Source: an uncultured Gemmatimonadota bacterium
GTDB lineage: Bacteria > GCA-2686955
NCBI GenBank assembly: GCA_964490075.1
Contig: CAZBBK010000014.1
Coordinates: 1-64,000 of the forward strand
Length of the DNA: 64,000 bases
Direction of reading: 5' to 3'
The position numbers were made by a program, and so were the translations under genes. Numbering within the stretch: the first letter of the stretch is position 1; every line of letters begins with the position of its first letter. Of this stretch, positions 19,594 through 29,957 are shown one piece after another. Below the pieces are notes generated by a model. The model saw only the letters and a list, made by a program, of their open reading frames with translations, did no database searches and was not told the DNA's origin.

Positions 19594-22113
19594 TCAGCCA
19601 CCGGATAGGATGCCCTGCTCGAGGAGGGCGGCTTCGATCTCGGCCGCGATGATCTCGAATCCGGCCGGGTTCGGGTGCACCGCGTCGAAGAAGAGCGCCT
19701 CGTCCGGCGCCCGATCGAGGGCAGCCGCGGTGAAGGCCTGCGCAACGTCGACGCAGTGCACGCCGCCCCCGCCGGACGCGCGGAGAATCTCGTTGGCCTG
19801 GCTGTGGGCACGCTGCGGAGCGACGTCCAGATCGATGGCCGCCAGCCACTCCTCGCGGGCCTCCTCGGTGCGCCAAAGCTCGCTGTAGACCACACCCAGC
19901 TGATGGCGAAGATCGGATCGACTGTCGTCGATGCGTGCCGCCTCGCGCAGCTCTTCGAGAGCGGCCTGCCACTGCGACTCATCCGCCAGCCGTCGCCCTT
20001 CGTCGAAATGTTGCTGCCAACGCCCCGCCTCCTTCGCCGACAGGTGCTCGAAGTGAAAGGACTGAAAGGGCGGGTGCTTCAGATTCGAGGGGACGGTCAG
20101 CAGCAAGAGCGGCGTGCCGTGGTCGCGACACATCTGTGCCAGACGGCCGATGTTGGTTTCGAAATCGAGCAGCGTCAAGAAGCGACGGTTGATATGTTGC
20201 TGCGCCGCCTCACGATGATCGCGTGGCTGCTCACTGGGCTGCACCTCCTGGCCGGGATTCCAACCGGCTCCGTGCAGCGTGTCGAGCGCCCAGCGTCGCA
20301 TCAGCACGTAGAGTCGAATGCGATTCAACGTGATCTGCAGACGCAGAGCCCAGGGAGAGCGGCTGACGAACGCACGGTTGAGATCGTAGTTCACGAAATC
20401 GTTGTGCGCCGAAAACACGATCAGCGCGTCGGGCTGGTATTCCAGTACCTCTTTGGCGATGAGCACCAACTGGTTGGAGTCGTAGCCGACGCCGCCACAG
20501 TTGATCACGCGTGTCTTGGCGCCGGGATGGTGCTGGTCGAGCCGCTCCTGGAGAACGCGCGGAAAAGCGTCGCGACCGCCGGTGGGCCAGCCGTAGACGA
20601 TCGACCCGCCCAGACAGAAGAGCCGCGTGGCGCCCGGCTCTTTGTCGACCGGGAACTCCTGGTGGTTGAACTCGCCGTAGGAGTACCAGCCGGTCTTGGA
20701 GCGGTTGGTGACATGATAGGCGCGTCCTCTGTCCAGGGTCTTGACGCCGAAGAGCCGATACTCGTCGAGATCGAGATGGTGGCGGAAGGGATCCTCGCGC
20801 GCGCCGGCTTCGCCGTAGCCGAAGAGACGCAAGCCGAGCTCGGTCAGAGCCAGCAATCCGCAGCCGAGCGCGAGCGGCGCCAAGGTGTGGAGCAGGGCCC
20901 TGCGCGAGGGAAGCAAGGGGCGGCCGGAGCGCACCCTTCGGTAGCCGGCATGGGCGCCGATCAGCAGCGCGCCGAGGGCGAGCAGCCACGCCGCCCAGGG
21001 GCTGGAGGGCGGCTGGTCCGCGGCGCTGGTGCTGACGCCGCGCAAGCGATCGAGCACCTCATCGAGCTGCTCGAGCTCTTGCGGCTCGGCGGCGTCGCGA
21101 TGCCCTTCGAGGACCTCGATCGCCTCTGTCCTGCCCAGCTCGCCGAGTCCGCGGATAGCGGCGATGCGCACCGAGGAATCGCCGTCGCCGAGCATCGTCA
21201 CGAGATGGGGGTAGGAGATCGCGTAGGGGGGATCGGGTTGGCCGATGGTCTCGGCGGCCCAGCGCCTCAGGGCCGGGGACGAATCCTCCAGCCAGGGCAG
21301 GCAGAGGGCGATCTGGATGCGCGGCGCCAGATCGGAGAGCACTCGCATGGCTTCGCTGGCCGGGTCCTCCTGGTCGATCGACTGCAGCTCCTGGGCGTGC
21401 AGGCGGTTGGCCAGCAGGCGGGCGTTCACTCCCAGCGGCAGACGCAGCCGTGAGAGCAGACCGCGGTCCGAGTCGTCGAGCCCCAGGCCCGGAGAGTCGA
21501 GCTCGAAGGCGGCGCGCAGATGGACCAGCACGCGCTTGATATCCTCCACCAGGTAGCGGGGCGCCAGCCGACGCCGCACCAGCTCCGGCAGCGTGGGCCT
21601 CTGGATCAGGATCTGCTCGACGGTGGACTGGGTCTCCATGTCGAGATGGGTCTGTTCACCGGCGGCTGCCTCTCCTCGGAAGATCCACAGCCCGAGCAAG
21701 GGAAAGACGGCGGCATCCGTCGGGGAGGCCTCGATCGCGGCCAGGGCGACACGGCGGGTCAGAGGATCGGGGACTTCGAGCAGCGCCGCCGCCGCCTCGC
21801 TGCCGCGCGGGATCCTCGCCAGCAACGCGGCACAGCCGAGGCGGAACTGGTACGGCTCTTCCGGCGCGCGCAGCAATTCCACCAGCTCGGTGATGGCTCC
21901 GCGCTCGATCAGGCGGTTGCCCAGCTGCGATTCCCCGAGGGCGGTGCCGCTCTGGTGAAGCGCGCGCAACGAGTCCGCGATCGCCTCAGGGCTCTCCGGG
22001 GCGGCATCGGCCGGCGGCGCCGCGCCGGTGAGAAGGGCCAGGAGCAGCGCGGGCAGCAGGGTCCGGCGGCGAGGTCGGGCAGGGCGCCGGGTGCGCGGCA
22101 GCGGCCTGGTCAC
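19594..22113 (-). CDS. Membrane protein: HEAT repeats, 2 TM, SGNH/GDSL-fold domain with TPR insert
   Basis: Signal peptide. HEAT repeats (DSSPALRRWAAETIG, DGDSSVRIAAIRGLG). Two TMs. SGNH blocks CLGGSIVYG, INCGGVGYDS, AHND, FDAVHP. Confidence 0.8.
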   Translation of the reverse strand: MTRPLPRTRRPARPRRRTLLPALLLALLTGAAPPADAAPESPEAIADSLRALHQSGTALGESQLGNRLIERGAITELVELLRAPEEPYQFRLGCAALLARIPRGSEAAAALLEVPDPLTRRVALAAIEASPTDAAVFPLLGLWIFRGEAAAGEQTHLDMETQSTVEQILIQRPTLPELVRRRLAPRYLVEDIKRVLVHLRAAFELDSPGLGLDDSDRGLLSRLRLPLGVNARLLANRLHAQELQSIDQEDPASEAMRVLSDLAPRIQIALCLPWLEDSSPALRRWAAETIGQPDPPYAISYPHLVTMLGDGDSSVRIAAIRGLGELGRTEAIEVLEGHRDAAEPQELEQLDEVLDRLRGVSTSAADQPPSSPWAAWLLALGALLIGAHAGYRRVRSGRPLLPSRRALLHTLAPLALGCGLLALTELGLRLFGYGEAGAREDPFRHHLDLDEYRLFGVKTLDRGRAYHVTNRSKTGWYSYGEFNHQEFPVDKEPGATRLFCLGGSIVYGWPTGGRDAFPRVLQERLDQHHPGAKTRVINCGGVGYDSNQLVLIAKEVLEYQPDALIVFSAHNDFVNYDLNRAFVSRSPWALRLQITLNRIRLYVLMRRWALDTLHGAGWNPGQEVQPSEQPRDHREAAQQHINRRFLTLLDFETNIGRLAQMCRDHGTPLLLLTVPSNLKHPPFQSFHFEHLSAKEAGRWQQHFDEGRRLADESQWQAALEELREAARIDDSRSDLRHQLGVVYSELWRTEEAREEWLAAIDLDVAPQRAHSQANEILRASGGGGVHCVDVAQAFTAAALDRAPDEALFFDAVHPNPAGFEIIAAEIEAALLEQGILSGG

Positions 22114-23447
22114 CGACCTGCCCGGGGAGCCAGCGCCAACGCCAGCGCGGCGCTGCGACGCACCCCTTCCTCGGGATCCTGCTCGGCGATCGTTGCCAGA
22201 GCCTGGCGCGCTTCGCGGCAGGCGCGCTCATAGCCGACCGTCACCGGCAAGACCCGGCCGAGCGCCCAGGCGCTGCGCGCTCGCACGTGCTCGTGGGCCA
22301 GGTTCTCGGGGGAAAGAAGTGCCGCGCTCAGGTGGGGCAGCGCCTCGGGCGAGGGCGTCGCTCCCAGGGCGCGGGCGGCAGCCTCGCGCACCTGCCAGCA
22401 GCGGTCCTCCAGCGCCCGGATCAGTCCGGGCACCGCGCCGCGGGCGCGCAGTGCGCCCAGCGCGTCGGCGGCGGCGGCGCGCACCGAGGGATCGGCATCC
22501 TCCAGGGCGCGGCGCAGCTCGGCGGATGCCGTGCCGAAGCGCAACAGAGCCAGCCCTCGACAGGCGGCGATTCGCACCTCGCGCTCGCCCGAGCGCAGCA
22601 GGGCGACGAGGTGGGTCGACGCGCCGGTGCCACCAACTCGGGCCAGCCCGTGCGCGGCCGCCGCGCGCACCAGGGGATTGGTGTCGCGGGCACCGAGCTC
22701 GGCGAGGCGCTCGAGATCGCCGGGGCCGGCATGGGAGCCCAGGGCGAGGGCCGCGGCGCGGCGTACCTGTGGGTGCCCATCGTCCAGCGCCGCGCGCAGG
22801 GCGGCGGCGATCTCCTCGGAGGCGGGAAGCCGGGCCACGGCGCGGGCCGCGGCGGCCCGCGCGGGACCGCTCGGATCGTCGCGGAGCATGCTGAGCAAAG
22901 GCCCGGCCACCGCGCCGCGGGGGTAGCCGCAGTCTCCAACCAGTCTCAGCGCGGCGCCGCGCACCATCGGATCCGGGTCGCCGAGCCGGGCTTCGATCGA
23001 CGCGCCCAGCCCCGGCTCCTTCAGCGGGGCCGGAGCCTGCGCCGCCAGTCCGTCGAGCGCCGCCGCGCGGACCCGCGGGTCCGAATCCTCGAGCAGCTCC
23101 GCCAGCCGCTTGCCGGCCTCTTCTCCTCCGGTCCGGGCCAACCCCCGTGCCGCCAGGAGACGCCGCTTCGGATCGTCCGCGGCCAGAGCCTGCTCGATCG
23201 CGGGGGAGGCGCCGGGGCTGCCCAGGTGGACCGCCGCGAAGAGTGCCTCGAAGGAGGCCGAGCCCCCCAACGCCTCGAGCACCGCGTCGCCCGCGGCCTG
23301 GTCCTTCAGGATCCCGGCGAAGCGTGGAAACCAGGGCCCTTCGCCGGCACGCAGCGCGCCCAGGAAGCGGCTCTCTTCCGTCTCGTCGCCCCCGGCGCTC
23401 GCCAGCAACGAAACGCTCAGCACGGCGGCCCAGCGACCCGCTCTCAT
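22110..23447 (-). CDS. Exported HEAT-repeat (PBS-lyase-like) protein
   Basis: About nine repeats of DxDPxVRxAAxxALG. Hydrophobic leader. Overlaps both neighbours by 4 nt. Confidence 0.85.
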   Translation of the reverse strand: MRAGRWAAVLSVSLLASAGGDETEESRFLGALRAGEGPWFPRFAGILKDQAAGDAVLEALGGSASFEALFAAVHLGSPGASPAIEQALAADDPKRRLLAARGLARTGGEEAGKRLAELLEDSDPRVRAAALDGLAAQAPAPLKEPGLGASIEARLGDPDPMVRGAALRLVGDCGYPRGAVAGPLLSMLRDDPSGPARAAAARAVARLPASEEIAAALRAALDDGHPQVRRAAALALGSHAGPGDLERLAELGARDTNPLVRAAAAHGLARVGGTGASTHLVALLRSGEREVRIAACRGLALLRFGTASAELRRALEDADPSVRAAAADALGALRARGAVPGLIRALEDRCWQVREAAARALGATPSPEALPHLSAALLSPENLAHEHVRARSAWALGRVLPVTVGYERACREARQALATIAEQDPEEGVRRSAALALALAPRAGR

Positions 23448-24787
23448 TCGCTTCCTCCTGGGAGAACCTCTCGTTCCAGCGTCTCCAACGCCGCTTCCGC
23501 CATCAGCCGGTAGCCGCGCCGCGAGGGATGGACGGAGTCGACGAAGAGATCACGCATCAGGTAGTCCCCGCGCGCGATGGCGTCCTGCTCGAAGGCGCGG
23601 ATCGGGTCGATCAGCGGTACGTCCATCGACAGCGACACCCAGGAGAGGATGGTGTTGAGCTCCTCGAGCATTCCCAGACCGGGATGCCCCAGGCGCTTCG
23701 CCTGGTCCCAGGCGCAGGCCGCGCCCTCGATCTCTCCGAGCTGGCCGCGGGCGACCGCCAGGGCATGATAGAGATCGATCAGCTGCTGATTGCCCCTTGC
23801 GGCCGGGCCTCGCGGCCCGATCTCGAGCTCCAGCAGCCGCTGGGCACCGATCTTGGCCCGCGCCGCCTCCCCGGCCCAGATGCGCGGCAGCACCTCGCAT
23901 CCGCGCAGCTCGAAGCCGTCCTCCTGGCGCGGCAGCCGGAAGATGGCGATCTCGGCGCCGGCGTCGCGCACGATGCGCACCATCTCGGCCAGCGAATGCT
24001 CGTAGTGAACGAGCGTCCCGATCTGCTCGGCCGCCCCTTCGGTCGGCTCCCACTTGACGTTCTCTTCGGGCAGCATCGGCTTGCCGAACATGTCGAGGGT
24101 GCGGGGATCGGTGCGGTCCTCGCCTCCCTCCGAGGGACCGGCGAAGCGCAGCTGTACCTCGAACACCGCCCGCTTGAGCGCCAGGAAGGCGCGGCTGCGA
24201 TAGAGCAGGCGTTGCAGCTCGATGAGGCGCGGATCGCGCTCGATCAGGCGCCGGTAGAAGAGCGGCTCGTCGGTCTCGTTCTGCCCGCACGAGATCAGGA
24301 TCAGGTCGGGCTCGAGCCGCACCACCTCCTTGACCAGCTGCAGAATGCGGTAGGAGGCGTAGCCGTTGGCGCCGCAGTTGATCACCTCGAAGCGCCGCGA
24401 TCCGCGCAGCGCCTGTGCCTGTTCGGCCAGGACCTTCTCGAGCCGTTTGGGGTAGGAGAAGACGATCGAGTCCTGCCCACCGATGCCGTAGCCCCAGGTC
24501 ACAGAGCCGCCGAAGCAGAACACCCGGTAGGTGTCTGGGGCCTTGCTCGCCGGGAAACGCTCGTTCCGGAAGATCCCCTGGTCGAGCTTGCGCGGATTGG
24601 TGCGCAGGAAGGTGGGATCGTCGGGATCGGGGACGAAGAGGGGATGGAGGCCGTAGAAGCCGACGAAGGGGTCCTCCATCTCCAGCGGGCGGCCCAGGGC
24701 GGCGTCGCCGGCGCGCGCCAGCGCTTCCAGTGCGGCCAGAGTCAGGGCGACCGAGAGCAGGGCGAAGAGGTACTTGCGCAGTCCCAT
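23444..24787 (-). CDS. Membrane-anchored SGNH/GDSL-fold protein
   Basis: N-terminal TM ending in LEALAR. Blocks CFGGSVTWG, INCGANGYAS, GQNE, VDSVHP. Confidence 0.82.
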   Translation of the reverse strand: MGLRKYLFALLSVALTLAALEALARAGDAALGRPLEMEDPFVGFYGLHPLFVPDPDDPTFLRTNPRKLDQGIFRNERFPASKAPDTYRVFCFGGSVTWGYGIGGQDSIVFSYPKRLEKVLAEQAQALRGSRRFEVINCGANGYASYRILQLVKEVVRLEPDLILISCGQNETDEPLFYRRLIERDPRLIELQRLLYRSRAFLALKRAVFEVQLRFAGPSEGGEDRTDPRTLDMFGKPMLPEENVKWEPTEGAAEQIGTLVHYEHSLAEMVRIVRDAGAEIAIFRLPRQEDGFELRGCEVLPRIWAGEAARAKIGAQRLLELEIGPRGPAARGNQQLIDLYHALAVARGQLGEIEGAACAWDQAKRLGHPGLGMLEELNTILSWVSLSMDVPLIDPIRAFEQDAIARGDYLMRDLFVDSVHPSRRGYRLMAEAALETLEREVLPGGSE

Positions 24788-24911
24788 GGTGCTGCGAATC
24801 CTACTACCTCTCGGTCGTTGGCAGTGCGCGGCGTGCGGCGCATCCGCTATCCTGTGCCGCCTCCGCACCAGAACCTCCATCGCCCCCCGACCCTGACAGG
24901 AGTCGAAACGC

Positions 24912-26630
24912 TTGAAGATTCTCGGGATCTCCTACATGTACCACGACTCCGCGGCGGTATTGTTGGTGGACGGTCGACTGGTCGCCGCCGCCGCGGAGGA
25001 GCGCTTCAACCGACTGAAGCACTCGATCGAGTTTCCGGAGCAGGCGGCGCGCTACTGCCTGCGCCAGGGCGGCCTCGACGTCTCCGAGCTCGACTGCATC
25101 GGGTTCTACGAAAAACCCCTGCTCAAGTTCGAGCGCTTTCTGACCGCCCACATGGCCTATTTTCCGCGCTCCTACACCGCCTTTCGCCGCTTCATCCCGC
25201 TCTTTCTGACCCGCAAGCTGCACATTCCGGGCACCATTCGCGAGAGCCTGGACTACCGCGGCGACATCTTCTTCGCCGAGCACCACCCGGTGCACGCCGC
25301 CAGTGCTTTCTACCCCTCGCCCTTCGACCGGGCCGCGATCCTGACGGTCGACGGCACCGGCGAGTGGGCCACCACCTGCGTGGGACTGGGGGAAGGCGAC
25401 ACGATACGCCTGTTGCGCGAGCTGCGTTGGCCGCATTCGATCGGACTGCTCTACAGCGCCCTGACCGCCTATCTCGGCTTTCGGGTCAACGGCGGCGAAG
25501 GCAAGGTGATGGGACTGGCGCCCTACGGCGACCCCGAACGCTTCATCGAGCCGCTGCGCCGGCTCTCCCCTTCGGCCGGCGACGGCAGCTTTCGACTCGA
25601 CCTCTCCTACTTCGACTTCCACTACAAGACACGCATGGTCAGCCCCAAGTTCGAGCAGCTCTTCGGCACGCCGCGCGAGCCCGAAGGGCCGATCGAGGAG
25701 CACCATCGCGACGTGGCGGCGGCGCTGCAGCTCAGATCGGAGGAGCTGCTCCTGGAGATCTCCCGCCACGCATACGAGAGCACCGGGGCGACCGACCTGT
25801 GCATTGCCGGTGGCGTCGGCCTGAACAGTGTCGCCAACGGACGCATCCTGCGCGAGACACCATTCGAGCGGATCTTCGTTCAGCCCGCTTCGGGAGACGA
25901 TGGCGGCGCACTCGGTGCCGCGCTCTACTTGCAGCATCATCTTTTCGGGGATGGGGTGCGGGTGCCCATGGAACACGCCTGCTGGGGCCCGGAGTTCGGC
26001 GATGCCGAGATCGCCGCCTTTCTCGCCCGGCAGGGCATCGCGGCCCAGGCTCTGGAAGAGGCGGATCTGCTCGAGCGCTGCGCGGGAGCGTTGGCCCAGG
26101 GACACATCGTCGGCTGGTTCCAGGGGCGCATGGAGTACGGGCCGCGCGCTCTGGGAAACCGCAGCATCCTGGCCGATCCGCGCGGGGCCGACATGAAGGA
26201 CGTGCTCAACGCGCGGGTAAAGCACCGCGAGTCGTTTCGTCCTTTCGCGCCCGCGGTGCCGCTCGAGCGGGTCGCGGAGTTCTTCGATCTGGAGGGCCCC
26301 AGCCCCTACATGCTGCTGGTGGCGGCGGTTCGCGACCAATGGGTCGAGCGCTTGCCGGCGATTACCCACGTCGACGGTACGGCTCGCGTCCAGACGGTGA
26401 CGCCCGAATCGAATCGGCTCTTCTATCGACTGCTGGAGGCCTTCGAGCGGCACTCCGGCGTGCCGGTGCTGCTGAATACGTCGTTCAACGTGCGTGGCGA
26501 GCCGATCGTCTGCTCCCCAGAAGACGCCTGGATCTGCTTCCAGAAGACCGATATGGATGCGCTGGTGCTGGGCCGCTGGTGGATCGATGCTCAGCGCGAG
26601 GCGCAGCAGCGAAATCCGTCGTCGGGGTAG
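24912..26630 (+). CDS. O-carbamoyltransferase, CmcH/NodU (SxtI-like) family, paralog 2
   Basis: ILGISYMYHDSAA, EERFNRLKH, FYEKPLLKFER, EHHPVHAASAF, DGTGEW, EGKVMGLAPYG, GPRALGNRSILADP, LNTSFNVRGEPIV. TTG start after AGGAG. Confidence 0.96.
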   Translation: MKILGISYMYHDSAAVLLVDGRLVAAAAEERFNRLKHSIEFPEQAARYCLRQGGLDVSELDCIGFYEKPLLKFERFLTAHMAYFPRSYTAFRRFIPLFLTRKLHIPGTIRESLDYRGDIFFAEHHPVHAASAFYPSPFDRAAILTVDGTGEWATTCVGLGEGDTIRLLRELRWPHSIGLLYSALTAYLGFRVNGGEGKVMGLAPYGDPERFIEPLRRLSPSAGDGSFRLDLSYFDFHYKTRMVSPKFEQLFGTPREPEGPIEEHHRDVAAALQLRSEELLLEISRHAYESTGATDLCIAGGVGLNSVANGRILRETPFERIFVQPASGDDGGALGAALYLQHHLFGDGVRVPMEHACWGPEFGDAEIAAFLARQGIAAQALEEADLLERCAGALAQGHIVGWFQGRMEYGPRALGNRSILADPRGADMKDVLNARVKHRESFRPFAPAVPLERVAEFFDLEGPSPYMLLVAAVRDQWVERLPAITHVDGTARVQTVTPESNRLFYRLLEAFERHSGVPVLLNTSFNVRGEPIVCSPEDAWICFQKTDMDALVLGRWWIDAQREAQQRNPSSG

Positions 26631-28255
26631 CGTTCGCCGGGGAAGTGGAAGTGCTCGCGGTGGGCGCAGCGCCACTCCCGCTGGCTCTCGCCCCAGTCTC
26701 CGCCGCCGCGCAGCATCGGCAGCTCGGCGAGCGGTGGCGCATCGGGGGGAAACTTCGATTCGGCGGCGAAAATGCCGTAGTTGGGCTCGCGAGGCGAGGT
26801 CTCCAGCTCGGTGCGGGTCAGGGTCGACGCCGTCCATTCATTGACGTTTCCGACCATGTCGGCGACACCGAAACCCGACACGCAACCTGGGAAGACGCCG
26901 TTGCGGCGCATGGCGTAGGAGTCGAAATCGCCGGGGGTGAAGCAGCGCTCGGGATCGAAGCGAGCGCCGTAGGGCAGCGCGGAGCTCTTCGGACCTTTGC
27001 AGGCGCGCTCCCATTCCCCTTCGCGGCACAGGCGCTTGCCTTGCATGGCGCACAGATAACGCGCCTCGAACAGGGTCACGTTCACGGTGGGGAATACCCC
27101 CCCGCGTCCGGGCCAGGGGTAGGGATCGATGCCGAAGGCGGGGACCATGATGGTGTCGTTCTCGGCTTCGGTCGGATAGCGCAAAGGGCTGTGCGGGTCG
27201 CTGCCCCATACCAGCAGCCCGGCCGGAATGAAGATCGGCTCCACCGGCGGCGGCAGCGCGCGCGCGCGCCGGTCGGGAGGCAGCAGCCGCACCGCGCCTA
27301 CCGACAGCTCCGGCGGCGGGTTCTCGAACACCACCGTGAGTGTCGTCACCTCGCCGCCCGCGAGCCAGCGCGGCGAATCACCGACCGGAAAGCGGATCCG
27401 GCCGGGGCCGGCGAAGGCGACGAGCTTCTGAGTATCGCGGCGCTGGGCATGACTGCGGGTGGTCCAGTAGAGACGGCCGCGCAAGGGCGCCGCGCCGGTC
27501 GGCAGATCGAGCCCAACCTGGATCGCGCCGACCTGCACCGGCGATAGCTCGAGCGAGCGCCTGAGCAGGCAGAAGGTGCCGCCGGTCCAGGAGAAATCGT
27601 CGCGATCGAAGGGCTCGGTCGGCATCGAGTTCACGCTGCCGCCCGGGGCCCCGGGATGCCATTCCCAGTCGCCGGCGGATTCGCCCCAGCGCACTGGTGC
27701 GCGCTCGTGCGCTGCCTCTTGGGTGGCGCGCAAGAGCTCCGGGAGGGCGGAGCTGAGGTCGATGAAGTCGCTGATATCCTGCTCCCAGAGCAGGATCAGG
27801 GGCTCGTCGCGCGGTGCCGGCGGCGCGCTGGGCGATGGCGCCGATGGGCGCAGCTGCACCCGGCGACGCCGCGGGCGAGCGAGCGGGGCGGCCCCCGGCT
27901 CGGCGGCCGGGAGCAGCCCGGCGAGATCGAGGCGCGAGCCGTCTTCGAGGCGTAGGGCGTGGTCGGGGCGGTGGAAGGCCGGAGGCGGACCGGGCGCGTC
28001 GGCATAGAGCGCGCGCAGCGCGTCGACTACCTCGTCGGGTGTGTCCCAGAGGACGATCCCGCGCCCGGCGGCCGGTGGCGGGTAGCGGCGCTCGATCCCG
28101 CGCACGACCCGGGCGATCGCGATTTCGTCGAGGCCGCTTTCGCTTCGCGGTGCGGCGGCGCCGGGTTCGCGTTCCTGCTGGCAGGTCGGGAGCAGCGCGG
28201 CGAGTGTCGCCACGGGCAACCAGCGTCGTAACAGGGACCGGAAGCTACACTCCAT
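26591..28255 (-). CDS. Probable lipoprotein with a beta-sandwich domain and a C-terminal FGE-sulfatase-fold domain
   Basis: Leader ending LLPTC. KRLCREGEWERACKG, LPYG, DMVGNVNEW, RGG, DDGFRCC. The start is inferred. Confidence 0.78.
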   Translation of the reverse strand: MECSFRSLLRRWLPVATLAALLPTCQQEREPGAAAPRSESGLDEIAIARVVRGIERRYPPPAAGRGIVLWDTPDEVVDALRALYADAPGPPPAFHRPDHALRLEDGSRLDLAGLLPAAEPGAAPLARPRRRRVQLRPSAPSPSAPPAPRDEPLILLWEQDISDFIDLSSALPELLRATQEAAHERAPVRWGESAGDWEWHPGAPGGSVNSMPTEPFDRDDFSWTGGTFCLLRRSLELSPVQVGAIQVGLDLPTGAAPLRGRLYWTTRSHAQRRDTQKLVAFAGPGRIRFPVGDSPRWLAGGEVTTLTVVFENPPPELSVGAVRLLPPDRRARALPPPVEPIFIPAGLLVWGSDPHSPLRYPTEAENDTIMVPAFGIDPYPWPGRGGVFPTVNVTLFEARYLCAMQGKRLCREGEWERACKGPKSSALPYGARFDPERCFTPGDFDSYAMRRNGVFPGCVSGFGVADMVGNVNEWTASTLTRTELETSPREPNYGIFAAESKFPPDAPPLAELPMLRGGGDWGESQREWRCAHREHFHFPGERYPDDGFRCCASR

Positions 28256-29957
28256 CTGGGCGCCTCCTCCGCTCCACTCGTGTCGTTCTCTCGAAGCACA
28301 GCCACGACACCGGTGGCCGCGGATCGGAGGCGGCCAGACGCCAGCCCGGGAGTGGCGCCCGCAGCACCAGTCCCTGTGCTCCCCGCCAGTCGAGCCAGGT
28401 GCCGAGCAGGGAAGGGCGCTGCTCCAGGTTGTGCCTGGCCAGCACCAGCCAATCGACCTGCTCGCGGTCCAGGTAGTGCAGAAAGTCGCCGGCTGTGGGA
28501 AGCTCGGGAAGCTCGGAGAGTGTCTCTCCCTGGATCTGTGCGTACCACTGGAACTCGTAGCGCGCACTGCCGCTGTAGCCCTCGGCGTCGTAGACCAGCG
28601 TGTCGAATAGATAGGTGTCGCCAGGCTGGACCGAGCTCTCCAGGAAGGCCAGCAACTCCGCCTGGTTGTCGTCCTCGCGATAGGCGTGCAGAGGATTGGC
28701 GTAGGAGCGGGCGAAACCGAGGTAGCCGGTGAAGCAGATCAAGGCAGTCGCGAGCAGCAGCGTCGTGGTGCCCGGCAGGCGCTGCTCGACCGGTTGGGTC
28801 ATTCCGGCCAGTGGAACGGCGGCGTAGAGGTAGACGAAGGGGACGATCGGCAACAGAAAACGTGGATCGCCCAGGATCTGATGGGTCCAGGAGAAGAGCG
28901 AGTAGAAGATCCCCATGTGCAGCGCGACCCAGAGCAACGATTTGTGGTCGCGCCAGTGGAGAATCGCACCGGTGAGCGCCAGCAGGGCGAGAAGCAGGCT
29001 CAACGCGGTGCGCGGCTGCATGTCGTTCAGCACCGCGGAGGGATCGAAGGGAAGAATATTGTTGTTGAGCATGCGGTGCAAGTTGACCGCCTGCTCATAG
29101 GTGCCGAGCTCGATGCGCGCCGCCACGTCGGCCCAGCTGTGGGTGTCGATGTACTGCGAGAACGACACCGGCGACTCGCGAATCGCGTCGGGGTCCCATT
29201 CGTCGGCCCAGAGCGAGTTGTTGTTGAAGTTGTAGGTGGGGCTGCCGTAGACGATCAGGTTGCGTACGAAGAGCGGTGAGCCGGCCAGGAAGAGGCAGAG
29301 GAAGAAGAGCCAGAAGTGCTTGCTCCGCAGCGCTCGAAACCGTGTGCCGAGACAGATCGCGCCGGCCGACGATGGGATCAGGAACAGACCGGGACCCTTG
29401 CTGAGGAAGGCCAGGCCGGCGAAGATGCCGGCCAGACCCCAGAGCCGGGGGCGCTCGAAGCCCTCCACCACGCAGTACCAGGTGAGCAGAATCCACAGGA
29501 GCAGGAAGGGTTCGACCGTGACCACGGTGCTCAGGCGCAGGAAGTTGGCATTGAAGAGCAAGAGCAGCGTCGCCACCACCGCGACGGTCTCGCCGGCGCG
29601 TTTCCTGACCAGGAAGAACAGGGTCAGCAAGGTCAGCCAGCCGCTGGCGAGCGTTGCCAGCTTGGCCTCGGGGAAGTACTGGATATCGCGCCGGGCGAAG
29701 AGGGAGAGGATCAGATGATAGAGCGGATTCTGCTCGGCATCGGGCCACTGGCCGGTGTACGACTGCCAGAGGAAGGAGCCGATGCCGCCCGACTCGGAGA
29801 TCCCCAGGGCGCAGGAAAGATAGACCCCGGTGTCCATGATCGAGGGATCGTCGGCGGCCTGGATGAGCAGCAGGCCCATGGCCCAGAAGGCGGCCGAGAG
29901 GGCGGCCGCGAAGAGCAGCGCGCGGGCTCGGGGGGCGGTGATCTCGGGAATCGTCAT
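28245..29957 (-). CDS. ArnT/PMT-like GT-C-fold glycosyltransferase
   Basis: Acidic first loop (DDPSIMDTGVY), QNPLY, VEPFL, FLSKG, PRFLLP. About 11-13 TMs plus a soluble C-terminal domain. Confidence 0.8.
   Translation of the reverse strand: MTIPEITAPRARALLFAAALSAAFWAMGLLLIQAADDPSIMDTGVYLSCALGISESGGIGSFLWQSYTGQWPDAEQNPLYHLILSLFARRDIQYFPEAKLATLASGWLTLLTLFFLVRKRAGETVAVVATLLLLFNANFLRLSTVVTVEPFLLLWILLTWYCVVEGFERPRLWGLAGIFAGLAFLSKGPGLFLIPSSAGAICLGTRFRALRSKHFWLFFLCLFLAGSPLFVRNLIVYGSPTYNFNNNSLWADEWDPDAIRESPVSFSQYIDTHSWADVAARIELGTYEQAVNLHRMLNNNILPFDPSAVLNDMQPRTALSLLLALLALTGAILHWRDHKSLLWVALHMGIFYSLFSWTHQILGDPRFLLPIVPFVYLYAAVPLAGMTQPVEQRLPGTTTLLLATALICFTGYLGFARSYANPLHAYREDDNQAELLAFLESSVQPGDTYLFDTLVYDAEGYSGSARYEFQWYAQIQGETLSELPELPTAGDFLHYLDREQVDWLVLARHNLEQRPSLLGTWLDWRGAQGLVLRAPLPGWRLAASDPRPPVSWLCFERTTRVERRRRPDGV

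Noticed and set aside
26591..26630. 40-nt convergent overlap between carbamoyltransferase 2 and the FGE lipoprotein
   Set aside because: Short convergent 3' overlaps are common. Both C-termini look normal.
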